From the NCBI GenBank assembly GCA_027604505.1, contig JADIIX010000005.1:248001-312000 (forward strand): 64,000 bases of DNA. The letters are read 5' to 3'. Each line of letters begins with the position of its first letter. The stretch's first letter is position 1. The position numbers and the translations under genes were made by a program. This document shows, piece by piece, positions 39,001 through 50,400 of the stretch. Origin of the DNA: Gonapodya sp. JEL0774. Lineage: Eukaryota. The notes under the pieces were generated by a model, which worked only from the letters and a program-made list of their open reading frames with translations, searched no databases and was not told the DNA's origin.

Positions 39001-39432
39001 GTTACACAATTCATTGGTTTGCCGGGGTAAAGGATCGCTCAACAGCCACCCTCAGAATCACACGAAAATAAAGACCTCCACTCCATCGAGATATCCAACG
39101 ATAGATGGGTGTCTGAGGGTCCGAAAACGTTTGAATGCATTTTTGGCCAGTGGGAGTTTCTCAGGGGATCTCTGACCATCGAGCACCAAATAAGACACCT
39201 CTGTAGAATCAGACTAAGCATCCACATGCCGTAGATCGAGTAGAAATCAGGTCAGAGAGCATCTGAGCGGTCCTCTGCGGAAACACCGATCCCAACGAAC
39301 CGTCCGCGTGCCATTGTGAAGTACCCAGGGGGAATTCGGAGGTTGCGGGGACACAGGAGCACCTTTCTGGAAGGGCAAGGTGGCTCCAGTTGCAGCTCCA
39401 AGCACTTGGATGGCTCCTTTGAAGAAATCCAT
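36014..39432 (-). CDS. CEX1: SCYL1/Cex1-like pseudokinase with HEAT repeats
   Basis: MDFFKGAIQVLGAATGATLPF, LAKNAFKRFRTLRHP, IVHGNVRIDSIYVTKAGEWK|LGGLE, FCRYKILPEL, REHTLKSMLLLIPK|LNERTINNDLLRYLAKLQSDEEAGIRTNTTILLGKI, ending RREARKQAKLGIKKIADGV*. Confidence 0.92.
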
Positions 39433-39440
39433 GTATTCTG

Positions 39441-40514
39441 CTATGAGGTACAAAAGTGAACCACCAAACCACCCAAAGCAGCACCAACCCCAAACATCAA
39501 CCCTTCTTTCAGGAAGGGTTTCTCCCATAGCCTCGGCTCGGCCTTTTCAGGATCCCTATCTATAAACTCCTGGGGCCCTTTGAGAAAACTGTCATCGGTT
39601 TCAACCCGCACTGCAAGTTGAGAAGTTTCTATGGTGGGGCGCAAACTCAATGTCCCTAATTGTTGATTGAGCTGGGCAAGCTGCGCATCGAGCCGGTCAG
39701 TATACTTGACCATTCGGGCATCAGCGCCAGCGTCCAGCTTTTCCAACAAGTCCTCATTTCTGAGAAAGGTGGAAAGTGATCACCACAGCTTGGACCTAAC
39801 TGCACAGATTATCTCAACACACCTTCGCGGGTTGAGAATCCCATATACAACTCCAGTTACGACAAGCTGACTGACAAGGAGCGCAAGGGTATAGTATGTG
39901 CTCACACGGCGGATTTTATCGCTCCATAGTTGTTCCTGCGAATAGCGCTCCCTCATCGCCCCAAGGAAATCGGATTGAAGTTCGTTCACTCGCTCGGAAA
40001 GTGTCCGAAACTGTTCCTTCGCAGCCACTTCTTCTATTTCAATCTCATGGCCTGCTCTGAAAGTTCCCTGAGGGAGCTCTTGTCACGGAACCGGAGATAG
40101 TCCAGAATGTGCTGGGTACTTACTTGTACAGGTCCGTAAACAATGCAAGATCAGCGGCTGTCCAGTTGGCTTTCCGTTCCAATAAAGTATTAATGTCCCT
40201 CTGATTCTTTGCCCGTATGTCGACCGTTGATTCGTCTGAGGAAGTGTTCGGTTCCGCTCAGATACGGAATCGTATCAAGGGATGCAGTGGAGAACCCAAG
40301 AGCACCCACATTGCTTCTGAGCAGTTTTGAGGGCTTCCCGCACATGAAAAATCTGCCTGTCCAGCTCTTCTGTCTGCTCTCTGGCGCGGATTATGGGGTC
40401 GTACCCCGTGATTGCGTTAAGGAGTGAGGACGACTTGAGGATGAGGCCATCCGAACTTGAAAGGATTTGGATGGCTCTGTCGATCAGTGGTCGAACAAAG
40501 GATCTGGATGCCAT
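39441..40514 (-). CDS. SHE9: Mitochondrial inner-membrane She9/Mdm33
   Basis: LLNAITGYDPI, QRDINTLLERKANWTAADLALFTDLYK, RERYSQEQLWSDKIRRVSTYYTLALL, and C-terminal TM GLMFGVGAALGGLVVHFCTS*. Confidence 0.9.
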
Positions 40515-40667
40515 AGGATGCACGGCGGAAAACAGGTGCCGCGGTGGGACAAGGAAAGCAACTAGGATGGTGGTGTTGGCCCTCAAGGTCAAACGGCGTG
40601 TGACCACAGTATCAAACCATGGGGTTGTCCTTTTCTCCTTTCAACCTTTCACCTCTCAACTCCACTT

Positions 40668-42559
40668 ATGTCGACTCCTGCCCAGATTCTGGCCCAGAAC
40701 CCAGGTCTTTTCCAGGTGAGATATCGATGCCCTTTCGTAGTTCGTCCCCCCCCCCGTGCTCGGACTGTCTCATCCCTCGAATCAACCCTTGTAATCATTC
40801 ACGTCCACAGAGCCTCGTTGGCCGTGACTCGGGCTACATCCAATCTCTTCCTGGGGAGGTTAAGAGGCGCATCAATGCTCTGAAGAACCTGCAGGTGGGA
40901 GTCGACCTCAGTTCGAAGTAATATAGCCAGGGCTTGTTTTTCATCATCCATCATCATCTGAATTTGTCTCCATCTATCAGAAATCGCACGGTGAACTGGA
41001 GAGCAAGTTCCGCGAGGAAGTTTTGGCGCTGGAGAAGAAATACCAGGTTCTCTACCGGCCATTGTACGACCAGGTGACTATGTCTTATCACTGAAGATTC
41101 GGATTTAAGAGCTGACATTTTTGTCCGCATCCAGAGGAGACGCTTTATTGCTGGTGAGGCCGAACCTACAGAGGAGCAAGCCACCTTCGCTGATCCCGAT
41201 GAGGAGGGTGCAGAGGTACGTGCCACCCCACCCATGTTGGATCAAACCTGCTCCGTCAGACCCCATGGAACCCCCCACTTCTTTAGCCCACTCCTTCTGC
41301 ACAAAAGAGTGGAGAGACTCCTGTTCGAGGTATTCCGGAGTTCTGGCTCACGGCTCTCAAGAACATGCCCCAGATCAACGATATGATCACCGAACGTGAT
41401 GAAGCTGCTCTCAAAAGCCTTATTGACATCCGCGTTTCTTACTTGGACAACAACCCTGTTAGTGAAGTTTGTCTCTCCCCTTGGTGCACTTTCTCTTATA
41501 TTTTGTTTCTGGGAATCTTTTTAGGGTTTCAAACTCGAGTTCCAGTTTGAGCCCAACGAGTTTTTTAGCGAGGAAGTCCTCACCAAAGTATACTTCTTGC
41601 AGAACGATCCCGAGAGCCCTTATGGTGAGAAACGGCGTCACGATGAATGTTGTAGACGATCTGAACTTTCGTTTTTCTTTTGCTTGCTGCTCTGTGCCCC
41701 CTTCCATGTGGTTGCAGACGATTTGCTTTACGACCATGCAGAGGGGTACGTTTCGATGATTCCCCTACCACGATTGTTCCTTCCGTTCACGTGATTCACT
41801 GATACCACAAGGTGCACAATTTCGTGGAAGGAAGGTAACGACCTCACAGTCAAGGTCGAGACCAAGAAACAGCGGCATAAAGGTAAGGCAAATTTCCTTC
41901 CACGAGTGAAAATTCAGCTTGGACCGCCAACGCACGTGCTATTCACTCTTTAGCTACGAATAAGGTCCGGATTGTGAAGAAGACCGTTCCCGCAGAAACC
42001 TTTTTCTCCTTCTTCAACCCGCCCAAGGCTCCAGAGCCCAAGGAGGGACAAAATGAGGAAGAAGAAAATGACGAGGACGATGATTTGGATGCGAAACTCG
42101 AGGAGGACTACGAAGTGGGCGAGGTTGGTTGAAGTAATGAGTGAGCGTTAAACACGCGCTCCACATCTGACCACCATGCCATGGCGGATTACAGATGCTC
42201 AAGGAAAAAATTATCCCCCACGCTATCGACTGGTTCACGGGTAAGGCCTTGGAGTACGATGAGGACATATATGGTGGGTGATGTTCAAGGCAGTTGAAGA
42301 GCAAAAGGATCGGAGCTAATAACGTCCAACATCTCCCAGGCGATGACGATGACGATGACGATGGTGAGTAACTTGGCGCGAGACCTTTGTCGTTGGCTGC
42401 AATTTACGTTATCGCACTGGCATTTGTAGACGAGGAAGGTGATGACGACGATGAGGAGGAGGATGGTGAGTTTCTCGAGATCTTCTCACATTATTAGATT
42501 CAGTTGTCAAACATTTTCTTGTGTATAACAAAAAACACTTTTCCTCAGATGACGAGTAA
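40668..42559 (+). CDS. NAP1: Nucleosome assembly protein 1 (many exons, acidic tail on microexons)
   Basis: SLVGRDSGYIQSLPGEVKRRINALKNLQ, LALEKKY, GIPEFWLTALKN, ITERDEAALKSLIDI, ETFFSFFNPP, KEKIIPHAIDWFTGKALEY. Confidence 0.96.
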
Positions 42560-42699
42560 TCACCTCTCTGCGCGTACTGGTTAAAATTCCAAACACTTCT
42601 TACTAGCTAGCTCTCCCACTTTGTATTAGACGTGGTGTCTGAATCGTACATTTTCCTGAGGATGTCCAGATTGGCGTGGTGGTGGTCGACGCGACGCCA

Positions 42700-45600
42700 A
42701 TGCCGAGTCAGTTCACATGCTTCATGGAACCTTCACAACAAGTATCATTCCCATCCTTTCCATCCTTCCCATCCTTTCCTACATTTTCGACTCTTGATGA
42801 AAAGCCGCCGGCAGAGTTAAAAAGCTCTCCGCCATCAAAGAAGAGACGAAGGAGCGGTAGCCCCACAGATCGTAATGACCACCGTGTCGGGGAAGGAAAA
42901 ATTAAATCCAACTCGCTCAAAAAGGAGAGTCGTAAAAGTCGGAAGAAACAATGGTCGGACGAGAGCTCGGATTCGGATTCGCAATTGCGATCGCAGAATC
43001 TGGCACAAGTGCCGACATCCAACTATACCATCGACAAGAGCGGAGCTCGTCGTGGGAAAGAAGTGTCATTTGCTCCACCTACGTTCTTTAGGCTCACCGG
43101 TATGAATCATTTGAGCCGGGCTGTTTGGCAATATTTCTTTCTAAAGCATATCGGAAATTCCGGAACTTGCTCCACTAGAAAGTTCATTGGGACTTCATAA
43201 AGATCTGAAAGTCATCACTCGGATTTCGGAAACGGGGGGCAGTCGCCATTCTCGGGAGTCTGATGTCGATGTGAGTGCCACTTCGCGATTTCTCCCACAC
43301 ACCTTGACATGGTTCTCATGCAGTTGTACCGAGAACTTCGACACTCGCTTCGCCAGCCTGCTGAACGTTTCATACCGTACGTATACATAATTCAGCGTAT
43401 TGTTTCTCCGGAGGATCTCACGGAGGTAAATCTCCAACCGTCAGAAGTTCTCAAACTGAGAATGTGTTTGTAGAAGATTCGACTGGGTTTATTTCCATAC
43501 ACGATAACGTAGTACGGGATAAATCGGAGGATCAAACTCTGGAGCAGAGCGATGAATATTTGGGGAAGCAGGCAGCGTTGAGCAGAGAGATCGATAAGGT
43601 TTGCCACTTGCGCGGTAACCACTCGGAAGTTTGTTACAACAGCTATTCCACAGGACCCCACGAATCCCAACAACTGGAGGGAGCTAATTAAGTTGCAAGA
43701 TCTCCTATTTCGGGATGGAAAGACGCCGAAAGCAAAAGAGAGAATCGCTCGACTGGTCCGAGACAAGAAGATTGCCATCTACGCGAAGGGCATGGAAGCC
43801 CTTCCAAGCGATACAGAGTTCGTCCGGGAGTCGTTGGCTTTGTTAAAGGATGTAGATTCGTGAGTAATGCCTGCTCAAAGAAGCACAATGGAGGTCTCAC
43901 AAACTCGATTTTCTCCGGCTAATCCAGAACGGCCGAACTCCAAAGTAAATGGGATCATGCGCTGAAAGTTCACAGGGCAGCCATTACTTTGTGGTTGGAC
44001 TATTTGCAGTTCCGACAGTCTGATGCGACCCAATTTACAATATCTGGGTGCGTGGCAGTCTACGAATTTGTTGTGCGATCGATTAGATCTGCTTGGCGTG
44101 ACCTTGCATTAGGTTAGTATTTGAAAAGCAGTGAAGCCGTTAGAATGTTCACTTGCATTTGTTTGGGTTTAGACGATTGCTTCTGCGAGGGTGTTCTCTT
44201 TCATGTGTTTCGTCGAGCCTGCCAAACACTAGCTGACGCCGGTGAGAGTTGAACTCTCCATATTATCTGGTCACACTCTTTATAGTCAGTCGCTCTTCTC
44301 ATAAAAGGTTACACCGAACGAGCTATCGGAGCTTTTCAAGCGCTTATTGAAAGCAACTTTTTTGTCCCAGAAGGCGCAAGCTCAAAGCCTTACGAATCAG
44401 TTCTCGACTCCTTACAAGACTTTTGGGAAGAAGGTGCGCCTCGATTCGGTGAAGAGGTTGGTGGCTGTCTTCATGGGCTGAGTAACTATTCGGCGAAAGT
44501 AACAAGTGCCGTTCTATCATTCCAGAATTCTGCCGGATGGGCGTCGACTTTTCTTTCTACCTTGCCTTCTAGTGAGCACTCAATTATGTGACATCGCTGT
44601 CAAGCAAGTTTCGATCCATCACCGTTTATGTTTCAGCAACTTCGGAGACATTGGACGGTGAGGGGACCACAATTCGCCCCGTCAAACCAGTTCCAATCCG
44701 ATCGACTAATCTTGCTGCGTAGGACCACCACAAACTTATGATGAATGGGCGGTGAGAGAAATTCGTTTGAGCACTTCATCGTGGCTCCCAGCACGCGACA
44801 ATGATAACGGTGAGATGACGGAACGATTTTCATCATTAAATTTTGGATGAGTGACCGTTGTAGATGTAGAGGCCAGCGAATCTAGCGATCTCGATCGAAT
44901 CGTCCTGTTTGACGATATTCGGAATCTTTGCTTTCCGGTCAAGACTCACTTCGTTCGTGAACAAGTCGTTTACGGACTCCTCAACCTACTGGGGGTTTCC
45001 GCGTCCCCTTTACCAACCTCTTACCACCCTGTGAGCTCCGACCAATTTCTTAATAATGACTTCGCCGATCGAAGCCGTGTCGAGGCATTTTGGCCACCCA
45101 AGCTCCCTGCGTACACTCCGAAGAATTTCAGAGGCGATGGCGAGGGTCATAACTCGTGGGCATCATTTCGCTACCCTAGCTCCGTGTTCCCCTTCACGTT
45201 GGACTCAGCATTTGGGTGGAGCGCCTGGTTTCCATTTGGGGCAATGCGAGATGGCGCTGCGACAGACCTGGACCAAAAATCTCGAAGGGCATTCGCTAGG
45301 TGAGTGGGGAGCTAATATGCATGGGGGGTGGGTTGCGTGCCGGACAAGACTGACGGAGACTGCGTTTGACAAGTCTGATTCGCTCCATTTTGCATTAGGA
45401 ACATTTTTCGTCAGGCTCGCACGATTGTGTCAGACGTGACAAGGTTAGATCTCATGGCCGTCAACTTTGAAGTGTCAATTGGCACGAAAGGGTGAGCTCA
45501 CAGCATACTTTTGTGTGCTCGTTCAATTGTGAGATAGCTTATAGAAAAGAATTGTCCCCAGTGCGAAAAAGTTCGTCCGACAACTTCTGAGCACCGATAG

Positions 45601-47150
45601 GAACAACATATTGTTGTGGAACGCGTATGCGCAGATTGAGAGATCGTGTGGGGAGGACAACGAGGTGTGAGCGCATAGTTTCTATTCCAATCAATTTTTT
45701 TTCGATGTTGTTGTGGTGTGCAGGCTCGGAAAGTTTACCAGCAAGTTCTCTCATCTGGCGGGTTGGACTCCCCTGAAGCAACCCTCACCGTCCGTTTGTA
45801 CGCAGAACTAGAGCTGGATAACAAATGTCCCAACAAGGCCATTGGTATGTCAAATGCAACTTGAGTACTGTTTAAGCGTAGATTGAAGTTGTTTCATAAA
45901 TGATGTAGCTGCGTTGGTGGCCTTCGCTGAAGGATCGCCGATTGACTTCTCTGCCCCAGAGGAGCATGCAGCACAGAACCTCCTTTCTGCGACGAGAGTG
46001 TTGCGTGCAAAGAACGTAAATGCCACGGTGGTCTGTCTCTCGTTGGTGTCAAATTTCGCTTTATTGACCTGGATTTCAAATCGTGCTCCCAGTTTTTCAC
46101 ACAACGAGCTTCATCCGCAATGGGCTCCCCGTCTTGGCCCCCGCCCCTCGCCGATCCCGCACTTGAAAACCTGTCCTGTCTTGCCCTCCTTGAGCTCGCA
46201 ACGACTGGCCCTGCCGCCTCCTCACTCGTCTTTAGTACCGCCCTCTCCACCATGAGTACTTCCAAACTTCCTCGCCCCACCGATCAGTCAGCGTACCTCG
46301 ATTCCCCTTCCGCCTCTTTAGCAGAGCGCCTAGTGCTCCATGCTGCGAGGTTCCTCCATCGCGCGGCATCACTACGATCTTTTGGTCCCATATCGCCCGT
46401 ACTACTCCGCGAATCAATAGATGTGGGTCTCGCTTTGGCCCCTATTAATACTGCGTTGCTCTCGCTTCTTGCTTTCAATGAGAGAAGAGCAAGGATAGAA
46501 GGCCGGCTGGAAATGGCGCTAAAATCGGTGCACCGCACCCATGTCGGCTGGGGAATGGCAATTTGGGAAGAGGTGCGTGGGATAGGAGGGTGGAGCGAGG
46601 TTGTCCTCAGGGGATTGTTTGAGGACGCGGCAGGGGCGGAAAGGTGGGATTGCAAGTCGCGAGAGATTTTGGTTTCGTTCTAGTTTGTCATCCTTCAACG
46701 ACACCATCTGTTTCTTCCAGTACAAAGCACTCCGTTGCCCTCTGGTATGCGTACGCCCAACTTGAGCATACCCTTGGCCATAGCGTTCGGGCCAAGTCAG
46801 TATTCTGGAGAGGCGTAAGAGAATGCCCGTGGGCCAAAAGTAAGGATCTATGTTTCGTATTCTCGCTTTTGCTTGAAGTTCGATTTTGTGTGTGTGTTGC
46901 CTGTGTATGTGGACGGCTACATGATCAATGCTGACAAACCTCTTCTCGCACCCTTCCATTAGAGCTTTACCTTCTCCCTTTCACACTACTCCGCCATCAC
47001 TTCACCACCGCTGAGTTGGCCACAGTTCTCGACTTGATGGTGGAAAAGGAAATTAGGGTGAGGATGGAGTATGTCGGGTTGGAGGAGATAAGGAGAGCGG
47101 TTGAGAATACCCACGAAGTACTGGAGGTAGATCAAGAGGGCATGGAGTAG
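42700..47150 (+). CDS. NRDE2: NRDE-2 / Nrl1 family nuclear RNAi-, exosome- and splicing-associated protein
   Basis: LWLDYLQFRQSD, GYTERAIGAFQALIESNFF, FWEEGAPRFGE, DLDRIVLFDDI, LLWNAYAQIER, FWRGVRECPWAKKLYL, LMVEKEIRVR. The start is at 42700 or 42725. Confidence 0.9.
42748..42786 (+). repeat. 9-nt tandem repeat encoding FPS-FPS-FPS-FPT-F
   Basis: ttcccatcc tttccatcc ttcccatcc tttcctaca ttt. Confidence 0.8.
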
Positions 47151-47475
47151 TTAGAGGCGAGAGGAGGTATTAGGAAGCAGTGAAGGCGGGAAGGAGTTGC
47201 TAGGGGAAAGTAGGCCCGGAACCGCAGCAATCTCTCCACAGTGACATCACCACATCGTTGCATGTTTATATACATTCAGCACGAAATTTGTGTGAGACAA
47301 CTCCATCCTGCGTGCCGCTCTCGCACAACTCTCTTCATTTCAGTTCCTACATCATAACCCAGAGCGCAACAAATTATTTTGCAATTACAACATCGATATG
47401 ACTAGAATAAAAACAAAATTCAAAATGTCCCCTGCTATATATGATCTTCAAAGTTGTAAAACACCCCTCGTAGTC

Positions 47476-50400
47476 TCAAGTGCTTGTTGATAGTACACAA
47501 ACACACCCACAACCACTGGGGCAAGCTTGCTTTTCGGCTTCTGAGAACCAGCTTTCAACACACTCAGTGTGTCCACCATGGCGACAAACTGAGCAGAATA
47601 TACTGAGACCTTTCACGGGTATTTGACAAACTTTGCAGGTCAGCCGCCTCTGCGCCTCTTGGCAGTTGGAGCATACTACTAATCGGTTTGGGTGAAGATA
47701 GATGCGATGTGGTGGGTCTCCTCGACTGGTGCTAAACTTTGGTATCTGTGGGTGACCACATCCATGACAGAGAGGTGCAACGTTGGACCTATCTAAGGAT
47801 TCGCCTGAAGACCGCTCAACTGGAGTCCGAACAAACTTGAGAATTTCGTTGCGTTGATGAAGAAAGCCCCACTGATGAAGAAGAGAGGCGTATCCAAGAA
47901 GGTATGAATCGTGACGTGCTGTTTTGGTCGGGTCAAGAATAGCACGAGCGCGAAGATACTCTGGATCTTGAGTGGCACTATTAAATCTGTAGTGTATCAA
48001 TATCCAAAATCAACTCAGCGATGTTTCTGGGCCGTGATAATTCCAGAATCGAGGATACTCACCCAGCCTCTTCGTTAGCAAAATCATCCTCCGGTGCCAT
48101 ACGCCAGAACGCAAAAGCAGGTGAAGGCTTTCCATGCTGCTTGGCCCGGAACTTTGATGGGGCATACTCTGGTGAGATGAGTGGCAATGCCAGGCTGCGT
48201 CTGGCAACCACGGGATTATCATCTGAGGGTTTAGAGATTGTGACCAATCTTGAAGAGTCGGATGTTCCCATTCCGAGTCGTTGAGAATGGCGCTCTGTCT
48301 GGACGGGTTCAGAAGATGCGGTCCGGGTGGAGCCCGCAGCATAACGGAATATGCTGGAAAGTCCCAAAGCTGATTGGGAGGGATGAACCACCCCACTGAT
48401 ATGTGCTTGGGTCGGAGTTACCTTTTCACCTTGTGAAACAAAGGTGTGAGGCGAGCTCGCGAGTCTACCATCGGTTATTGTCTGAAATCCTGACGGGGTA
48501 CTTTCGGAATGAGAAAGAGATGAGGTGAGTTCAGGAGGGGGTGTGGGCTTCTGAACCAGTCCGAACAACGATGCTAGGTAACCCGCATCCGGTTGCAGTG
48601 CAGGTCGGGAAGGTCCTCCAGAGACGTGGCGAGAGTTACGCTGTCGAACGTGCTCATTCCTGTTTGTTCTTACAACTTCCGTTTTCTGAGCCTGACGCAT
48701 CCACAAAAGTTGAGGACCCATGCTTTGAGCTGATCAAGTGCGATGTAATCCGAGTTTTGACACTGAGGCTTACCTGTCCACTGAAACGAACAGCTGTCTT
48801 GGGTAAAAGATCCGGTCTGCGATCCTCTGTCATGACGCAAGTCAAAATTGCAAGAGTCTGCACGTCTCTAAGCTTTTCTAGTTGAGAGAACCTGCATGAT
48901 TTGAATTCAAGCAGCACAACGGTGAGTTTGTGATGGGTATAACAAACTGAAATGCAGTAGGAGCTCACAGTTTCTCCACCAATCGTCGACCAAACGGGTG
49001 GCTTCGCCAGTCTACTCGTCTCCAAGTCCAAGAAGACGCTGACATAGCATCTACTGCTAAATCACCATTCTTTCCAAAGCGGATTCGTTGTCCCACAGCT
49101 GTTACGGGACCATTTTCGATACCAGCAAAAGCTGGCGCACACACTGAACTATCTGCAGTTGTCCCTGAAGGTGGAACGCAAGGTGTAAGGATAATCGTGG
49201 CCATAGCCCACAGTCGAGCTAGGTCTGGACGCTTAGAGACACGGGCGATCGCCTCATTCCTCAAGCACACATCCACGGGACTGTTACCTGAATGCACGTA
49301 CTTCGCTGCCAAGCTTGGACTGACTGTGAGAAGATGGTCTAAGTCCGCCACTCTAACAACGGTCCCCAGAGTAATACGAGGCATTGATTCTATGGATGCT
49401 TGAGACCCCCGTTTTGATCTTGATGAGGATTTCGCATTATTTTCAAGACCTAGGTCACTTAGAATGGATGATGACATGATGACGGCAACTTGTATTGCAC
49501 TAACTGCTCACCTGCGGATTTTCCTGTGGTCCCTGGTTTACCAAAGGTGTTGATGCTCTCGAAAGTTCCTGCGGTCTGATCGTTCAGCACTGCTCCCTCC
49601 CCAGTGGGTAGTCTGCCTTTGGTAAAGAAACTTTCACGCGCTGGGACTGTACCATATATTATAGTGCTGTTAGGACCTTGGTGGTCTATGGAGTCAGTGT
49701 TTTGCTGTCGCGAAGGTGCTCTTGAATCTGTTTGTGGAATTGCTACAGGAATGGTTTGGCCAAAAGCTGGTGGCATTAATTTAGGCGTGATCGCGGAGAT
49801 GCTTGAATCGGCAGACGATGATAGGCCAGCACTAACGTGACGCTCGAGTGCCTGGAATTGACCGGTTCCCGTAAAAGATTCGTCATCTGCACGCATCCCT
49901 CTCTGAACGCCATTTCTGTCCGCAGCACCCGAATTTGTCGCCCTTTGTCCTGGAGCAAGTGAGTTGTTTGCCGCCATTACAGGGTTATACGCCTGTAAGG
50001 ACCCACTAAGTTGTCCAGGACTCTCTTCCGATTGCTGGGTGACCCTGGTACCCACGCCTACGGGAGATTGAGTGTTCTTCAAAGCTTGAAGAACTCTCAC
50101 TTTCTCCAAGAACCCACTCCAAATGCTCGTCTGAGGCTTTGAGACCGAAGTCTTCTCTGGGAACAACCCTCTCATCCATGAAGGCTCCGCGGTGGCAATT
50201 TTGTTGACGTCATCGAAAGTCCGCTGCCAAACTACCTCTCCAGTAACATCGTCGCACTTAAGCGCACCTGTCTCGCCCAGACCCACATCGGTTAGTGCTA
50301 CCAGCGCATTTTGAAGTAAAAATGTCCGATACTCCTCATAAACGGGATAATTACGAGGCATCGAAACCCCTTGCATCCTTGGTTTGTCATCCGTGTCATC

